A stretch of DNA of 37,184 nucleotides from Chloroflexota bacterium (GCA_039933375.1 JBDTOF010000114.1:1-37184); one strand, 5' to 3'. Positions 25,485-33,852 are shown, counted from the first letter of the stretch. The notes: generated by a model not told the origin, from the letters alone. Translations and numbers: made by a program.

Positions 25485-25829
25485 ATGAGCCTCGGCTCTA
25501 CTGGGAAGCCACTCCCCAACGGGACCCGAAGGTCCCGCCAATCAGGACAGGGCCTCGTCGAATTCGCCCTGATTCTCGCGCTCGTTGCGGTGCTTGCCAT
25601 CAGCGCGACCACATTCCTGGGCAAGCAGGTCGCCGGGTCCTTGTCGACCGTCGGAGCCCAGATCGGTGCCAGCGTGACCCGGGGCGTCTCTCAGCCCGCA
25701 CCCACGCTTACGCCCGTACCCACCCGAACGCCGTCACCGACACGCAAGCCCGCCTCGGCGTATACGACAAAGACCACGTGCGTCGCCGCCGGCTACAAGT
25801 GGTACACCACAGCGCCGAAATGCAGGTAG
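25485..25829 (+). CDS. Flp/Fap-type (class III signal peptide) prepilin-like protein with C-terminal extension
   Basis: Internal ATG of ORF 25383..25829, with GGAG 7 nt upstream. The charged leader ends ...RSRQSGQG, followed by LVEFALILALVAVLAISATTFLG. Next comes a Pro/Thr-rich linker (PAPTLTPVPTRTPSPTRKP), then C-x14-C at the C-terminus. Confidence 0.65.
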   Translation: MSLGSTGKPLPNGTRRSRQSGQGLVEFALILALVAVLAISATTFLGKQVAGSLSTVGAQIGASVTRGVSQPAPTLTPVPTRTPSPTRKPASAYTTKTTCVAAGYKWYTTAPKCR

Positions 25830-25986
25830 TTCGTCCGATCTGAGGCGGCGACCCCTACGATGCCGAGTCTTGACGGCCGGGACTATCGTGGGCAGTGGCC
25901 CTTCCGTCGGCACCGTGAACCTGGCAGTGGCACCGAGCCGCCCGGGTGCGTCGCCACCGCCGTGGAGGGTGGAGGAGCCTGCGGTC

Positions 25987-27429
25987 ATGGCGAAGCGACG
26001 GTCGACCCCGTTCATCATTGCCAGCCTTGTGGCTGCGCTCGTCCTGCCGATGGGGACGCTAGCTGGCGCCGCGGGGGCACCGACGCTTTCGCTGCCGGCA
26101 TCCATGGCGGCCGTCGGCGACTCGATCACCCAGGCGGACAGCACGGGCGGGACCCTGGGCGCCGACTACCCGCAGAACTCGTGGGCCACCGGTAGCAACA
26201 CGACGGTCAATAGCCAGTCCCAGCGCCTGCTCGCGCTCGGCGCTCCGATCGGCAGCACGACCCGCAACCTGTCTGTGGCCGGTGCCAAGATGTTCGACCT
26301 CCAGGGCCAGATGACCAATGTCGTCAACGTCCAACCCGACTACCTGACGGTCCTGATCGGCGGCAACGACATTTGCACGGACACGGTTGTCGGGATGACC
26401 TCTGTGAGCACGTTCCACGACCAATTCGTCAGGGCGATGACGACGCTCACGAGCGGCTCGCCAAACACCCGCGTCCTGGTCGCGAGCATCCCCGACGTGT
26501 ACCAACTGTGGTCGCTCTTCCAGGGCAGCTGGTGGCCTCGCTTTATCTGGTCGGCTGGCGGCATCTGCCAGTCCCTGCTGGCAAATCCGACCTCCACGCA
26601 GTCGGTCGATGTCCAGCGTCGCACCGCCGTTCGCCAGCAGAACATCGACTTCAATGCCCAGCTGAAGGCCGTCTGCGAGAGCGCAGCGTTTGCGTCACAT
26701 TGCCTCTACGACAACGATGCCGTATTCAATGTGCAGTTCGCGAAGAGCGACGTGGCGGGGGATTACTTCCACCCTTCGATCGCCGGGCAGGCAAAGCTCG
26801 CCACGGTCACGTGGAATGCCGGCTACAACTGGACGGCCGGGACACCGACGAATACGCCGCCGACCGCCTCGTTCACGAGCAGGTGCACCGACCTGACCTG
26901 CAACTTCACGGACACATCGACCGACAGCGACGGCACCATCGCGAGCCGGAGCTGGACCTTCGGTGATGGTGCGGCCTCGACCGCCACAAACCCGTCGCAC
27001 ACGTACGCAGTTGGTGGCACGTACACGGTCGGGTTGGTCGTGACCGACAACGGTAGCGCGACCGGTTCGACGAGCGCATCGATCCAAGTGACTGCGCCGG
27101 CCGCTGCGAACATGTCCATCGGAACGATCACGGGGACCTCGATAACGGTCGGCCGTAGTTCCTGGACGGCGACTGCGACGATCACGGTGGTCGCGACGGG
27201 CAGTAGCATCCCGGTCGGTGGCGTCACGGTGACCGGCACATGGTCGGGAGGGACGTCAGGTTCCGGGACATGTACCACCCTTGCGACGGGCTCATGCTCA
27301 GTGACGAGTTCCAACATCAGCAACAAGAAGTCGTCGGTCACCTTCACGGTGACTTCGCTGGCGGCTACGGGCTGGACGTATCGACCAGCATCGAACGGCG
27401 CGACGTCGATCACCATCGCGCACCCATAG
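25987..27429 (+). CDS. Secreted SGNH/GDSL hydrolase with PKD domain and C-terminal beta-sandwich domain
   Basis: Internal ATG of ORF 25870..27429, with GGAGGAG upstream. Signal peptide is KRRSTPFIIASLVAALVLP. SGNH blocks are AVGDSIT, LIGGNDI and DYFHPS. The PKD region is FTDTSTDSDGTIASRSWTFGDG...HTYAVGGTYTVGLVVTDN. Confidence 0.85.
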   Translation: MAKRRSTPFIIASLVAALVLPMGTLAGAAGAPTLSLPASMAAVGDSITQADSTGGTLGADYPQNSWATGSNTTVNSQSQRLLALGAPIGSTTRNLSVAGAKMFDLQGQMTNVVNVQPDYLTVLIGGNDICTDTVVGMTSVSTFHDQFVRAMTTLTSGSPNTRVLVASIPDVYQLWSLFQGSWWPRFIWSAGGICQSLLANPTSTQSVDVQRRTAVRQQNIDFNAQLKAVCESAAFASHCLYDNDAVFNVQFAKSDVAGDYFHPSIAGQAKLATVTWNAGYNWTAGTPTNTPPTASFTSRCTDLTCNFTDTSTDSDGTIASRSWTFGDGAASTATNPSHTYAVGGTYTVGLVVTDNGSATGSTSASIQVTAPAAANMSIGTITGTSITVGRSSWTATATITVVATGSSIPVGGVTVTGTWSGGTSGSGTCTTLATGSCSVTSSNISNKKSSVTFTVTSLAATGWTYRPASNGATSITIAHP

Positions 27430-27439
27430 GCAAGCGACC

Positions 27440-27724
27440 GAGGCTGCAGGACGACGAGTGCCTCGCCTACGACTGCCCGTTCCCGTCGGCCGGCACCCGG
27501 ATCGACCAGCTTGTTGAGGCGAACGACCTCATTCGCACGATGTGGCGCGATTCGCCGGCGACGTTCCAGGGACGCCACTACCACGTGACCGACGCCTATG
27601 AACCACGACCTCAGCCGTGCCGCGCATCCTCGTAGGCGGGCAGGGTCCGAAGCTGAGGCGCCTAGTGGCCGATAAGGCCGACGCATGGGTGTGGGACGGA
27701 CCGGGCATTTTCTCGCACGGCTAA
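27440..27724 (+). pseudogene. Remnant of a luciferase-like monooxygenase (LLM, F420/flavin-dependent) gene, truncated and frameshifted
   Basis: Frame A reads ECLAYDCPFPSAGTRIDQLVEANDLIRTMWRDSPATFQGRHYHVTDAYEPRPQP. The reading shifts by 2 nt at about 27618-27620. Frame B continues PRILVGGQGPKLRRLVADKADAWVW...* (TAA 27722-27724). This matches the central LLM blocks. The N-terminal third is missing (the remnant starts just after the hydrolase stop) and the C-terminus is degraded. Confidence 0.65.
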
Positions 27725-27962
27725 GACGGACGCGGGTGTGACTGCGCCTGCCGGTGGGCGTCATGCGATGACCTAGACGTCAATCCCCGATCCGGATCTG
27801 AACTACCTTAGCCCTGCGTTCGATCCTCCGACTGCCGAGAAGGAGAGGAGACGGTCGTCGCCGCGGTTGATCGGCGGCTGATTTCACACTTGTCGATCGT
27901 CCGTCGCCCGCCTGTCGCCGGATCGCGGCCGACGCCGAAATGACTCGAATCACAAGTCACCC

Positions 27963-28736
27963 TCAAGGCACCGTCAGCGTTCCCTGCATCGTCTCGGCAT
28001 GTCCGGTGATCCGGCAGTAGAACTGATACGTGCCCGGCTTCGGCGACGTCAGCTCGAACAGCTTCTCGCTGCCCGGCCCCACCTTCACATCGATGCCGAG
28101 AGCGTCGATCGTGAACGTGTGAACGATGGGGTCGCCGTTATGGAAGACGAATTTCGTCGTGCCGTTGGCGGCCGCCGTCAGGGTGCCCGCGTCGTAGGAC
28201 GTCTCGTGTGCGGTGATCGTGGTCGCCCCCTGCTTGTCGGCCGCCGCGACACCATGGATGTTGGTAACGGTGAGCACCGCGGAGAGGATCGACAAGATCG
28301 CCACGAGTGCGAGGATGCCTTTGACGGCCGCGGTCACGCCGGCCGGCCCGCTCGTGCTGGTGCGACCACGAAGGTGCTGGACCAAGCCCGCGGCGCTCCC
28401 GCCCAGGAGGAAGATCGCCGCCGCCAGGCCAATGACTGGTCGGTACGCGAAGTCGAGGAATGAGTCCGGCGAGGAGAGATTTTCGCCAAGACCATCGATC
28501 GCGAAGAGAATCCCGAGGAGCCCGACGAGGACGCCCAGGATCAGGCCCCAGGGACGCACGAAGTAGATGACCACACCGACGGCGGCCGCAATCCCGCCGA
28601 CGATGCAGGCGTACGCCCACTGCGACGGCTCGACGATCAGGGTCACCACGAGGATGACCGCCTCGATGAAGAGGTACATCGCGATGCCCAGCAGGGCGAT
28701 CCGGGTGTAGTACGGCTTCTCGCTCAACTTCTGCAT
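27963..28736 (-). CDS. Membrane protein with C-terminal cupredoxin (type-1 copper) domain
   Basis: Four or five hydrophobic helices are followed by FVFHNGDPIVHTFTID...GTYQFYCRITGHAETMQGTLTV, giving His, Cys, His and Met ligand candidates. Confidence 0.75.
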   Translation of the reverse strand: MQKLSEKPYYTRIALLGIAMYLFIEAVILVVTLIVEPSQWAYACIVGGIAAAVGVVIYFVRPWGLILGVLVGLLGILFAIDGLGENLSSPDSFLDFAYRPVIGLAAAIFLLGGSAAGLVQHLRGRTSTSGPAGVTAAVKGILALVAILSILSAVLTVTNIHGVAAADKQGATTITAHETSYDAGTLTAAANGTTKFVFHNGDPIVHTFTIDALGIDVKVGPGSEKLFELTSPKPGTYQFYCRITGHAETMQGTLTVP

Positions 28737-28878
28737 GGCTGCCTTTCAGGAGGTTGACCGTTTGGGCAGGGGTCATCCCATCGCCCGGGCGCCACAATAG
28801 CTCGTCGGGCGGGCACGTGAAGCTGCTCCGCGGGCGCGTCGGGCCGTTGGCGGCCGCGATCCACGGTGCGGTGTTTTA

Positions 28879-29310
28879 TCAGGAGGTCGCGACGCCTGGC
28901 AAGGTCAGCGAAGACCCATTTGCGGTCCAGAGCCCATCATCGAGGCCCCAGTCGACGACGATGTGACCCAGCCATGCCAATCCACCAACCAGCCAGAACA
29001 GTGGCAAGACCCCCAGCGCCGCCGTCGCGACGACGGCCAGCGGCAGTGCCGGCTGGTGCATGAGATTGAAGAGCGGCACCGCTCGCGGGGCAAGCTGCCC
29101 CTTCGCGTGTGGTTGGCCGATCCCCAGCAGGACGGTCATGTGCGGCGCGATGCTGAACACCAATAACGGGGCCAGCCCGAGGTCATGGATCTGGGCCTGG
29201 CCATTGGCGAAGAGCGTCACGCCCAGCCCTGGGATGAGCCAAAGGTGACGGCGCCTGAGTCGACGAGGCCGACGGACGGCCATCGTTGGTGCTGTCGCGA
29301 TCGTGGTCAT
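28879..29310 (-). CDS. DUF4260-like small membrane protein
   Basis: Internal ATG of ORF 28879..29430, overlapping the upstream stop (ATGA). Blocks APHMTVLLG, FNLMH and HIVVDWGLDDGL resemble the DUF4260 pattern. An alternative ATG lies at 29283. Confidence 0.55.
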   Translation of the reverse strand: MTTIATAPTMAVRRPRRLRRRHLWLIPGLGVTLFANGQAQIHDLGLAPLLVFSIAPHMTVLLGIGQPHAKGQLAPRAVPLFNLMHQPALPLAVVATAALGVLPLFWLVGGLAWLGHIVVDWGLDDGLWTANGSSLTLPGVATS

Positions 29311-29807
29311 CGGGCAGTACTTCGGCTCGACCGGGGCTCGAGGACCACGACTGCGGTCGCCGTGGATCGGCCGTCGGCGAGGCCGTCGAGGTCTTTGCCC
29401 CAGCCCGGGTAGTCGGCGAAGCCGGCCCACAGTCGCGTCCGCTCTTCGCCGGTCGCGACGCGGGCGCGGACGGGGCGTGAGCCGTCGGCGAGGTCAACGG
29501 TCGTGTCGGGGTTGGCCTGGAGGTTCAGCCACCATGCTGGCTCGGTTGTGCCCCAGCCGTTCATGGCCAGAGTGACCAGGTTCGAGCCGTCCTCGTAGTA
29601 TCCGATGATCGCGACCCGTGACTGGCCGGAACGTCGGCCCAGGGTCGTGAGGCGCATCATTCCGAACCTGGCTCCGGCCTTCGGTCGCGAGAGCCCCAGA
29701 CGGCCACCACTGAGCCGGTAGACGGCTCGATGGAGTGACCAGAAGATACGGACCGCGAAGCGCGGCGGGGTGCGGTCTGGGAGCGTGCCGATCGTCTTCT
29801 CGGACAT
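29307..29807 (-). CDS. Deazaflavin (F420H2)-dependent nitroreductase family protein (DDN/PF04075-like)
   Basis: 166 aa. Motifs are LHRAVYRLSGGRLG, LTTLGRRSGQSR..IIGYYEDG and PAWWLNL. AAGGAAG lies 8 nt upstream of the ATG. Confidence 0.85.
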   Translation of the reverse strand: MSEKTIGTLPDRTPPRFAVRIFWSLHRAVYRLSGGRLGLSRPKAGARFGMMRLTTLGRRSGQSRVAIIGYYEDGSNLVTLAMNGWGTTEPAWWLNLQANPDTTVDLADGSRPVRARVATGEERTRLWAGFADYPGWGKDLDGLADGRSTATAVVVLEPRSSRSTAR

Positions 29808-29868
29808 GGGGGTGCTTCCTTTATGTCGTCCTGTGGACGAGGACTGTCGGTTGGAATATGAGAAGGGC

Positions 29869-29899
29869 GAGGGCCCCGGAGGCCAGCTCCGGAGCCCTC
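29869..29899 (-). terminator. Intrinsic terminator-like hairpin after the DUF4386 gene
   Basis: On the minus-strand RNA, GAGGGCUCCGGAG-cuggc-CUCCGGGGCCCUC forms a 13-bp stem with one G.U pair. It lies 14 nt after the stop and is followed by CUUCUCAUAUU. Confidence 0.65.
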
Positions 29900-29913
29900 A
29901 CAGATGCCAGCTA

Positions 29914-30630
29914 TCAGGCGGCGGCGTAGGCCGGCGCGATTGCGGGCTCCCGGGCGTCGCGCCCCAGGATCGATGCCGACTTGAAGCCCTTGAAGGTCAG
30001 CCATAGGCCCAGGTATGCCTCCCAGATGACCTCCGGGATGGTCGCGATGCCCTGTGGCGCGGAGCCCTGCGGGATCACGCCGAGCAGTACGGCGATCCCC
30101 GAGGTGGCGAGCATCGTGCCGCCGACCACACCGATGAGTGCCATGCGACGCGAAACCACGCCGGACCGGTACATCAGCCAGCCCAGGATCATTCCGGTCC
30201 CGACGCCATCGGAAAAGCCGGGGCCGAGCAGGAACGTCCAGTCATGGAGGGCGCGAAGTGTGGTGCCGATCGAGGCGAGCGAGCCGGTATCGGCGCCGGT
30301 CTGTCGCAGGCTGGCAATGGTCAGGACACTCAGGAGTCCGACGAGGATGAACGTGCACTCGACGATGCGAGCCGCCACGTAGGCGAGAGCCAGTCCCTCG
30401 TTCTGCCGCTTGAGCAGCGGGAAGAGCACGACGGCGCAGCCGATGTTGGTGATGATCAGGAGCAGTTCGAGGAAGGCCCCGAGGAACACGCTGCCATCGG
30501 CACCGGCCCCACCGATGTAGTTGGGATCGCTCAGCGCCGGCCCGTAGGCGAACACGGCGGCGATCGAGGTGATGAAGGTGAGGATGAAGAGCACGCCCAC
30601 AGTGAGCGCTGTCTTTCGCGATTCGGTCAT
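29914..30630 (-). CDS. DUF4386 domain-containing membrane protein
   Basis: 238 aa with 6 helices. Motifs are LTVGVLFILTFITSIAAVF and LELLLIITNIGCAVVLFPLLK. Its ATG overlaps the upstream stop (ATGA). Confidence 0.75.
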   Translation of the reverse strand: MTESRKTALTVGVLFILTFITSIAAVFAYGPALSDPNYIGGAGADGSVFLGAFLELLLIITNIGCAVVLFPLLKRQNEGLALAYVAARIVECTFILVGLLSVLTIASLRQTGADTGSLASIGTTLRALHDWTFLLGPGFSDGVGTGMILGWLMYRSGVVSRRMALIGVVGGTMLATSGIAVLLGVIPQGSAPQGIATIPEVIWEAYLGLWLTFKGFKSASILGRDAREPAIAPAYAAA

Positions 30631-30929
30631 TTCGGAAGTCCTTTCGTTGGTGTGGGCCGTTTGGTTTGATTGGTTATCTGAGCCGAGTCGGTCTCGTCCC
30701 GAGTGATCGAAACGAGTGGCAGGCCCAGGTCACGAATTCGCTGGAGCAGGCCGTGGAGCGCAGCCTGGTCGGCGACCGGGCCGGCGAGGACGGTGATCCC
30801 GTCGCTCTCATGTCGGACGGTCAGCCCGTCGAACCAGGCTGCCCACCGCGCATCGAGTCGGCCCCCCAACCGGATTTCGTAGCGTCCGGCCGACGATCGA
30901 GTGTCGGTCGCTGTCCGTTCTTCGGTCAT
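30627..30929 (-). CDS. Conserved small hypothetical protein (YEIRLGGRLD...WFDGL...DQAALHGLL...LGLPL type)
   Basis: 100 aa. I recognise this sequence pattern from uncharacterised actinobacterial proteins that often sit beside DUF4386 genes. It has no named domain. Confidence 0.6.
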   Translation of the reverse strand: MTEERTATDTRSSAGRYEIRLGGRLDARWAAWFDGLTVRHESDGITVLAGPVADQAALHGLLQRIRDLGLPLVSITRDETDSAQITNQTKRPTPTKGLPK

Positions 30930-31006
30930 ATCGCTCCTCTTGCAGGGTTCCCACTGGATCCGATCGGCGAGCCGAGCTGATCTCTAGCTGCAAGGTGGGC
31001 GCCAAC

Positions 31007-31048
31007 GTGGTGAGCGCACATCACCAGGCGTGGTGATTGCGGTGGTGA
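31007..31048. promoter_or_regulatory. GTGGTGA repeat cluster in the divergent promoter region (candidate operator)
   Basis: GTGGTGA occurs at 31007-31013, 31030-31036 and 31042-31048. TCACCA at 31021-31026 forms TGGTGA-N7-TCACCA with the first copy. The cluster lies between the divergent starts at 30929 and 31120. Confidence 0.4.
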
Positions 31049-31119
31049 TTTCTTTCGACAGCGATCGTTTGGCCGCGGCCCTCGGACCGTCTGCCGCTGC
31101 GGTGCCCCATCATGGCGAC

Positions 31120-33852
31120 ATGACCGGACCGCTGATCGAGACGAAGCTGCATTTCCCCCGGCGCGGACCACGCGTCGTGGCGCGATCGCGCCTGATCGAG
31201 CGCGTCCAGCGAGGCACCGAGACGAGGCTTACGCTCGTGTCTGCGCCGCCTGGCTTCGGCAAGTCCACGCTGATCGGGGACTGGGTCGGGTCGCCTCGAA
31301 TTCCCCTTGCGGCTACGGCCTGGGTCTCGCTCGATCCAGGTGACAATGACCCCGCGATGTTCTGGGCCTATGCGCTCGCGGCGTTGCGCAGGGCCGCGAT
31401 CAACGTGGGGGCCGACGGATCACCATTTGATCCGGAGCAGGCGTTCGATGTCGGCACCCTCGTCAACAATCTCGCCGCGCTGCCGACCGAGATCGTCCTC
31501 GTGCTGGACGATTACCACGTAATCGAGGCCCAGGAAGTCCACGACGCCCTGGCAGACCTCCTCGAGCGCCTGCCCGCGCAGGTCCATGTCGTCGTCGCCA
31601 CCCGGTCCGATCCGCCACTGCACCTGTCGCGATTGCGTGCCCGCGCTGAGCTGGTCGAGATCCGCGCGGCCGATCTCCGCTTCACGGTGGATGAAGCGGC
31701 CGACTACCTGAATGGCGCCGTGGGTCTCGGCTTGACGGACAGCGACGTCGCAGCGCTTGAGTCGCGAACCGAGGGCTGGATCGCTGCGATCCAGCTGTCG
31801 GCGCTGTCGATGGAGGGACGCGACGATGTCTCGGCATTCATCGCGTCGTTTGCCGGCGATGACCGGTATGTCGTGGACTATCTGGTCGATGAGGTCCTCC
31901 GACGCCAGCCGGAGCGGACACGCACCTTCCTGGCGCAGACATCGATCCTCAACCAGATGACTGGTCCTCTGTGTGATGCCGTGACCGGCCAGAACGACGG
32001 TCGAGCGATGCTCGAAGCGCTCGAGCGCGCCAACTTGTTCCTCGTCCCGCTGGACGATCGGCGCCGCTGGTACCGCTATCACCACCTGTTCGGCGCCATG
32101 CTGCGAGCTCGCTTGCTGGATGAGTACCAAGACCTCGTCCCTGTACTCCACAAGCGCGCGAGCATCTGGCACGAGCGGCACGGCGAGCAGCCAGAGGCCA
32201 TCCGACATGCCCTCGATGCCCAGGATTTCGAACGAGCCGCGGATCTCATCGAGGTTGCCGCGCAGGCCATGATCAGGAACCGGCAAGAGGTTACGCTTCG
32301 CCGCTGGCTCGACGCGCTCCCTGACGAGATCTTCGCGGCCAGGCCCGTACTCGCAATGGCGCACGTCGGGGCGCTACTTTCCACCAGCGAGCTCCAGGGT
32401 GTGGAAGCTCGGCTCGCGGACGCGGAGCGATGGGTGGGCGCCACCCAGGATGAGCATGCACGGGTCGCCGCGGTGGCGGCCGGAATGATCGTCCGCCACA
32501 CCGAGCTCCTCGGGCATCTCCCGAGTGCAATCGCCCTCCACCGATCCGGGCTCGCCCGGATGCGAGGCGATCTTCCGGGCACGATCGCCTATGCCCGAAC
32601 GGCGCTTGAGGTCGCCCAGGATGATCAGCCTCTGGAGCGCGGTGGTGCCGCCGGGCTACTCGGTCTCGCGTACTGGACGATCGGCGATCTGGAGGTCGCG
32701 CACGAGGCCTGGTCCGAAGCGCTGGTGAACCTTGAGCAGGCTGGGCACCACGCCGACATGCTCGGGTGCTTCATGGCCATGGCCGACATCCGGATTGCCC
32801 AGGGCCGTCTCGCCGATGCGCGGCGGACGTACGAGCGCGGCCTGCGGCTGGGCGCTCAAGCGGGCAAGTCCCCCCTTCGTGGAGCGGCCGATATGCACGT
32901 TGGTCTCAGTGAGCTGTATCGCGAGTGGAACGACCTGACCGCCGCGAAGATGCATCTGGATGCGAGCACGGAGCTCGGCGAGGCGATGGGGCTTCCGCAG
33001 AACGCCTACCGCTCGCGAGTGGCGGCGGCGCGGCTCCTGGAAGCGCGAGGAGATCTCGACGGCGCCATTCAGTCGCTCGATGACGCGGAGCGGGTGTATG
33101 TCAGCGACTTCTTTCCTGATACCCGACCGATCTCTGCGGTGCGCGCACGCGTATGGCTGGGGCAGGGACGGTGGGGAGACGCGTTGGCCTGGGCCGCCGA
33201 GCGGGGCGTCTCGGTTGACGACGGGCTCACCTATATCCACGAGTTCGAGCACATCATCCTGGCTCGAGCGCTCCTCATTCGTGCCCAGAAGGAGGGCGGC
33301 CTTGCTGCCGCGGAGCGCGCGTCGGCCCTCCTGGCCCGGTTGCTCGACGCGGCTGATGCCGGCGGGCGGAGACGGAGTGTCCTCGAGATCCTGGTGCTGC
33401 AAGCGCTCGCCAGCCACGCCGCAGGTGAGCGTGGTGGTGCCGCCGAGGCGATCGGTCGAGCGCTGGAGGCCGCCGAGCCCGAAGCCTACGTCCGGATCTT
33501 CGCCGACGAGGGGCCAGGCCTGGTGCCGCTGTTGCGGGCTGCGGCGAAGGGCGGCCGGGCGCGGGACTACGCGGGACGCCTGATGGCGGCGTTCGACGGC
33601 CGGTCGAACCGACCTGTGACCAGGCAGCGGCAGCCATTGATCGAGCGTTTGAGCGACAGGGAACTCGAGGTTCTGCGACTGCTGGCCACGGAACTTGACG
33701 GACCGGGTATCGCTCGCCAACTCGTCGTATCGCTGAATACGATGCGCACCCACACAAAGAACATCTACGCGAAGCTCGGCGTGAACTCGCGTCGCGCGGC
33801 CGTTCTACGAGCCTCGGAGCTCAAGCTCCTTGCGTGGACCCGGGACCACTGA
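31120..33852 (+). CDS. LAL-type (MalT-like) large ATP-binding LuxR family transcriptional regulator
   Basis: Internal ATG of ORF 31030..33852. The N-terminus is MTGPLIETKLHFPR. Walker A is SAPPGFGKST and Walker B is LVLDDYH. A TPR-like central region follows. The C-terminal HTH is LSDRELEVLRLLATELDGPGIARQLVVSLNTMRTHTKNIYAKLGV. Confidence 0.9.
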   Translation: MTGPLIETKLHFPRRGPRVVARSRLIERVQRGTETRLTLVSAPPGFGKSTLIGDWVGSPRIPLAATAWVSLDPGDNDPAMFWAYALAALRRAAINVGADGSPFDPEQAFDVGTLVNNLAALPTEIVLVLDDYHVIEAQEVHDALADLLERLPAQVHVVVATRSDPPLHLSRLRARAELVEIRAADLRFTVDEAADYLNGAVGLGLTDSDVAALESRTEGWIAAIQLSALSMEGRDDVSAFIASFAGDDRYVVDYLVDEVLRRQPERTRTFLAQTSILNQMTGPLCDAVTGQNDGRAMLEALERANLFLVPLDDRRRWYRYHHLFGAMLRARLLDEYQDLVPVLHKRASIWHERHGEQPEAIRHALDAQDFERAADLIEVAAQAMIRNRQEVTLRRWLDALPDEIFAARPVLAMAHVGALLSTSELQGVEARLADAERWVGATQDEHARVAAVAAGMIVRHTELLGHLPSAIALHRSGLARMRGDLPGTIAYARTALEVAQDDQPLERGGAAGLLGLAYWTIGDLEVAHEAWSEALVNLEQAGHHADMLGCFMAMADIRIAQGRLADARRTYERGLRLGAQAGKSPLRGAADMHVGLSELYREWNDLTAAKMHLDASTELGEAMGLPQNAYRSRVAAARLLEARGDLDGAIQSLDDAERVYVSDFFPDTRPISAVRARVWLGQGRWGDALAWAAERGVSVDDGLTYIHEFEHIILARALLIRAQKEGGLAAAERASALLARLLDAADAGGRRRSVLEILVLQALASHAAGERGGAAEAIGRALEAAEPEAYVRIFADEGPGLVPLLRAAAKGGRARDYAGRLMAAFDGRSNRPVTRQRQPLIERLSDRELEVLRLLATELDGPGIARQLVVSLNTMRTHTKNIYAKLGVNSRRAAVLRASELKLLAWTRDH

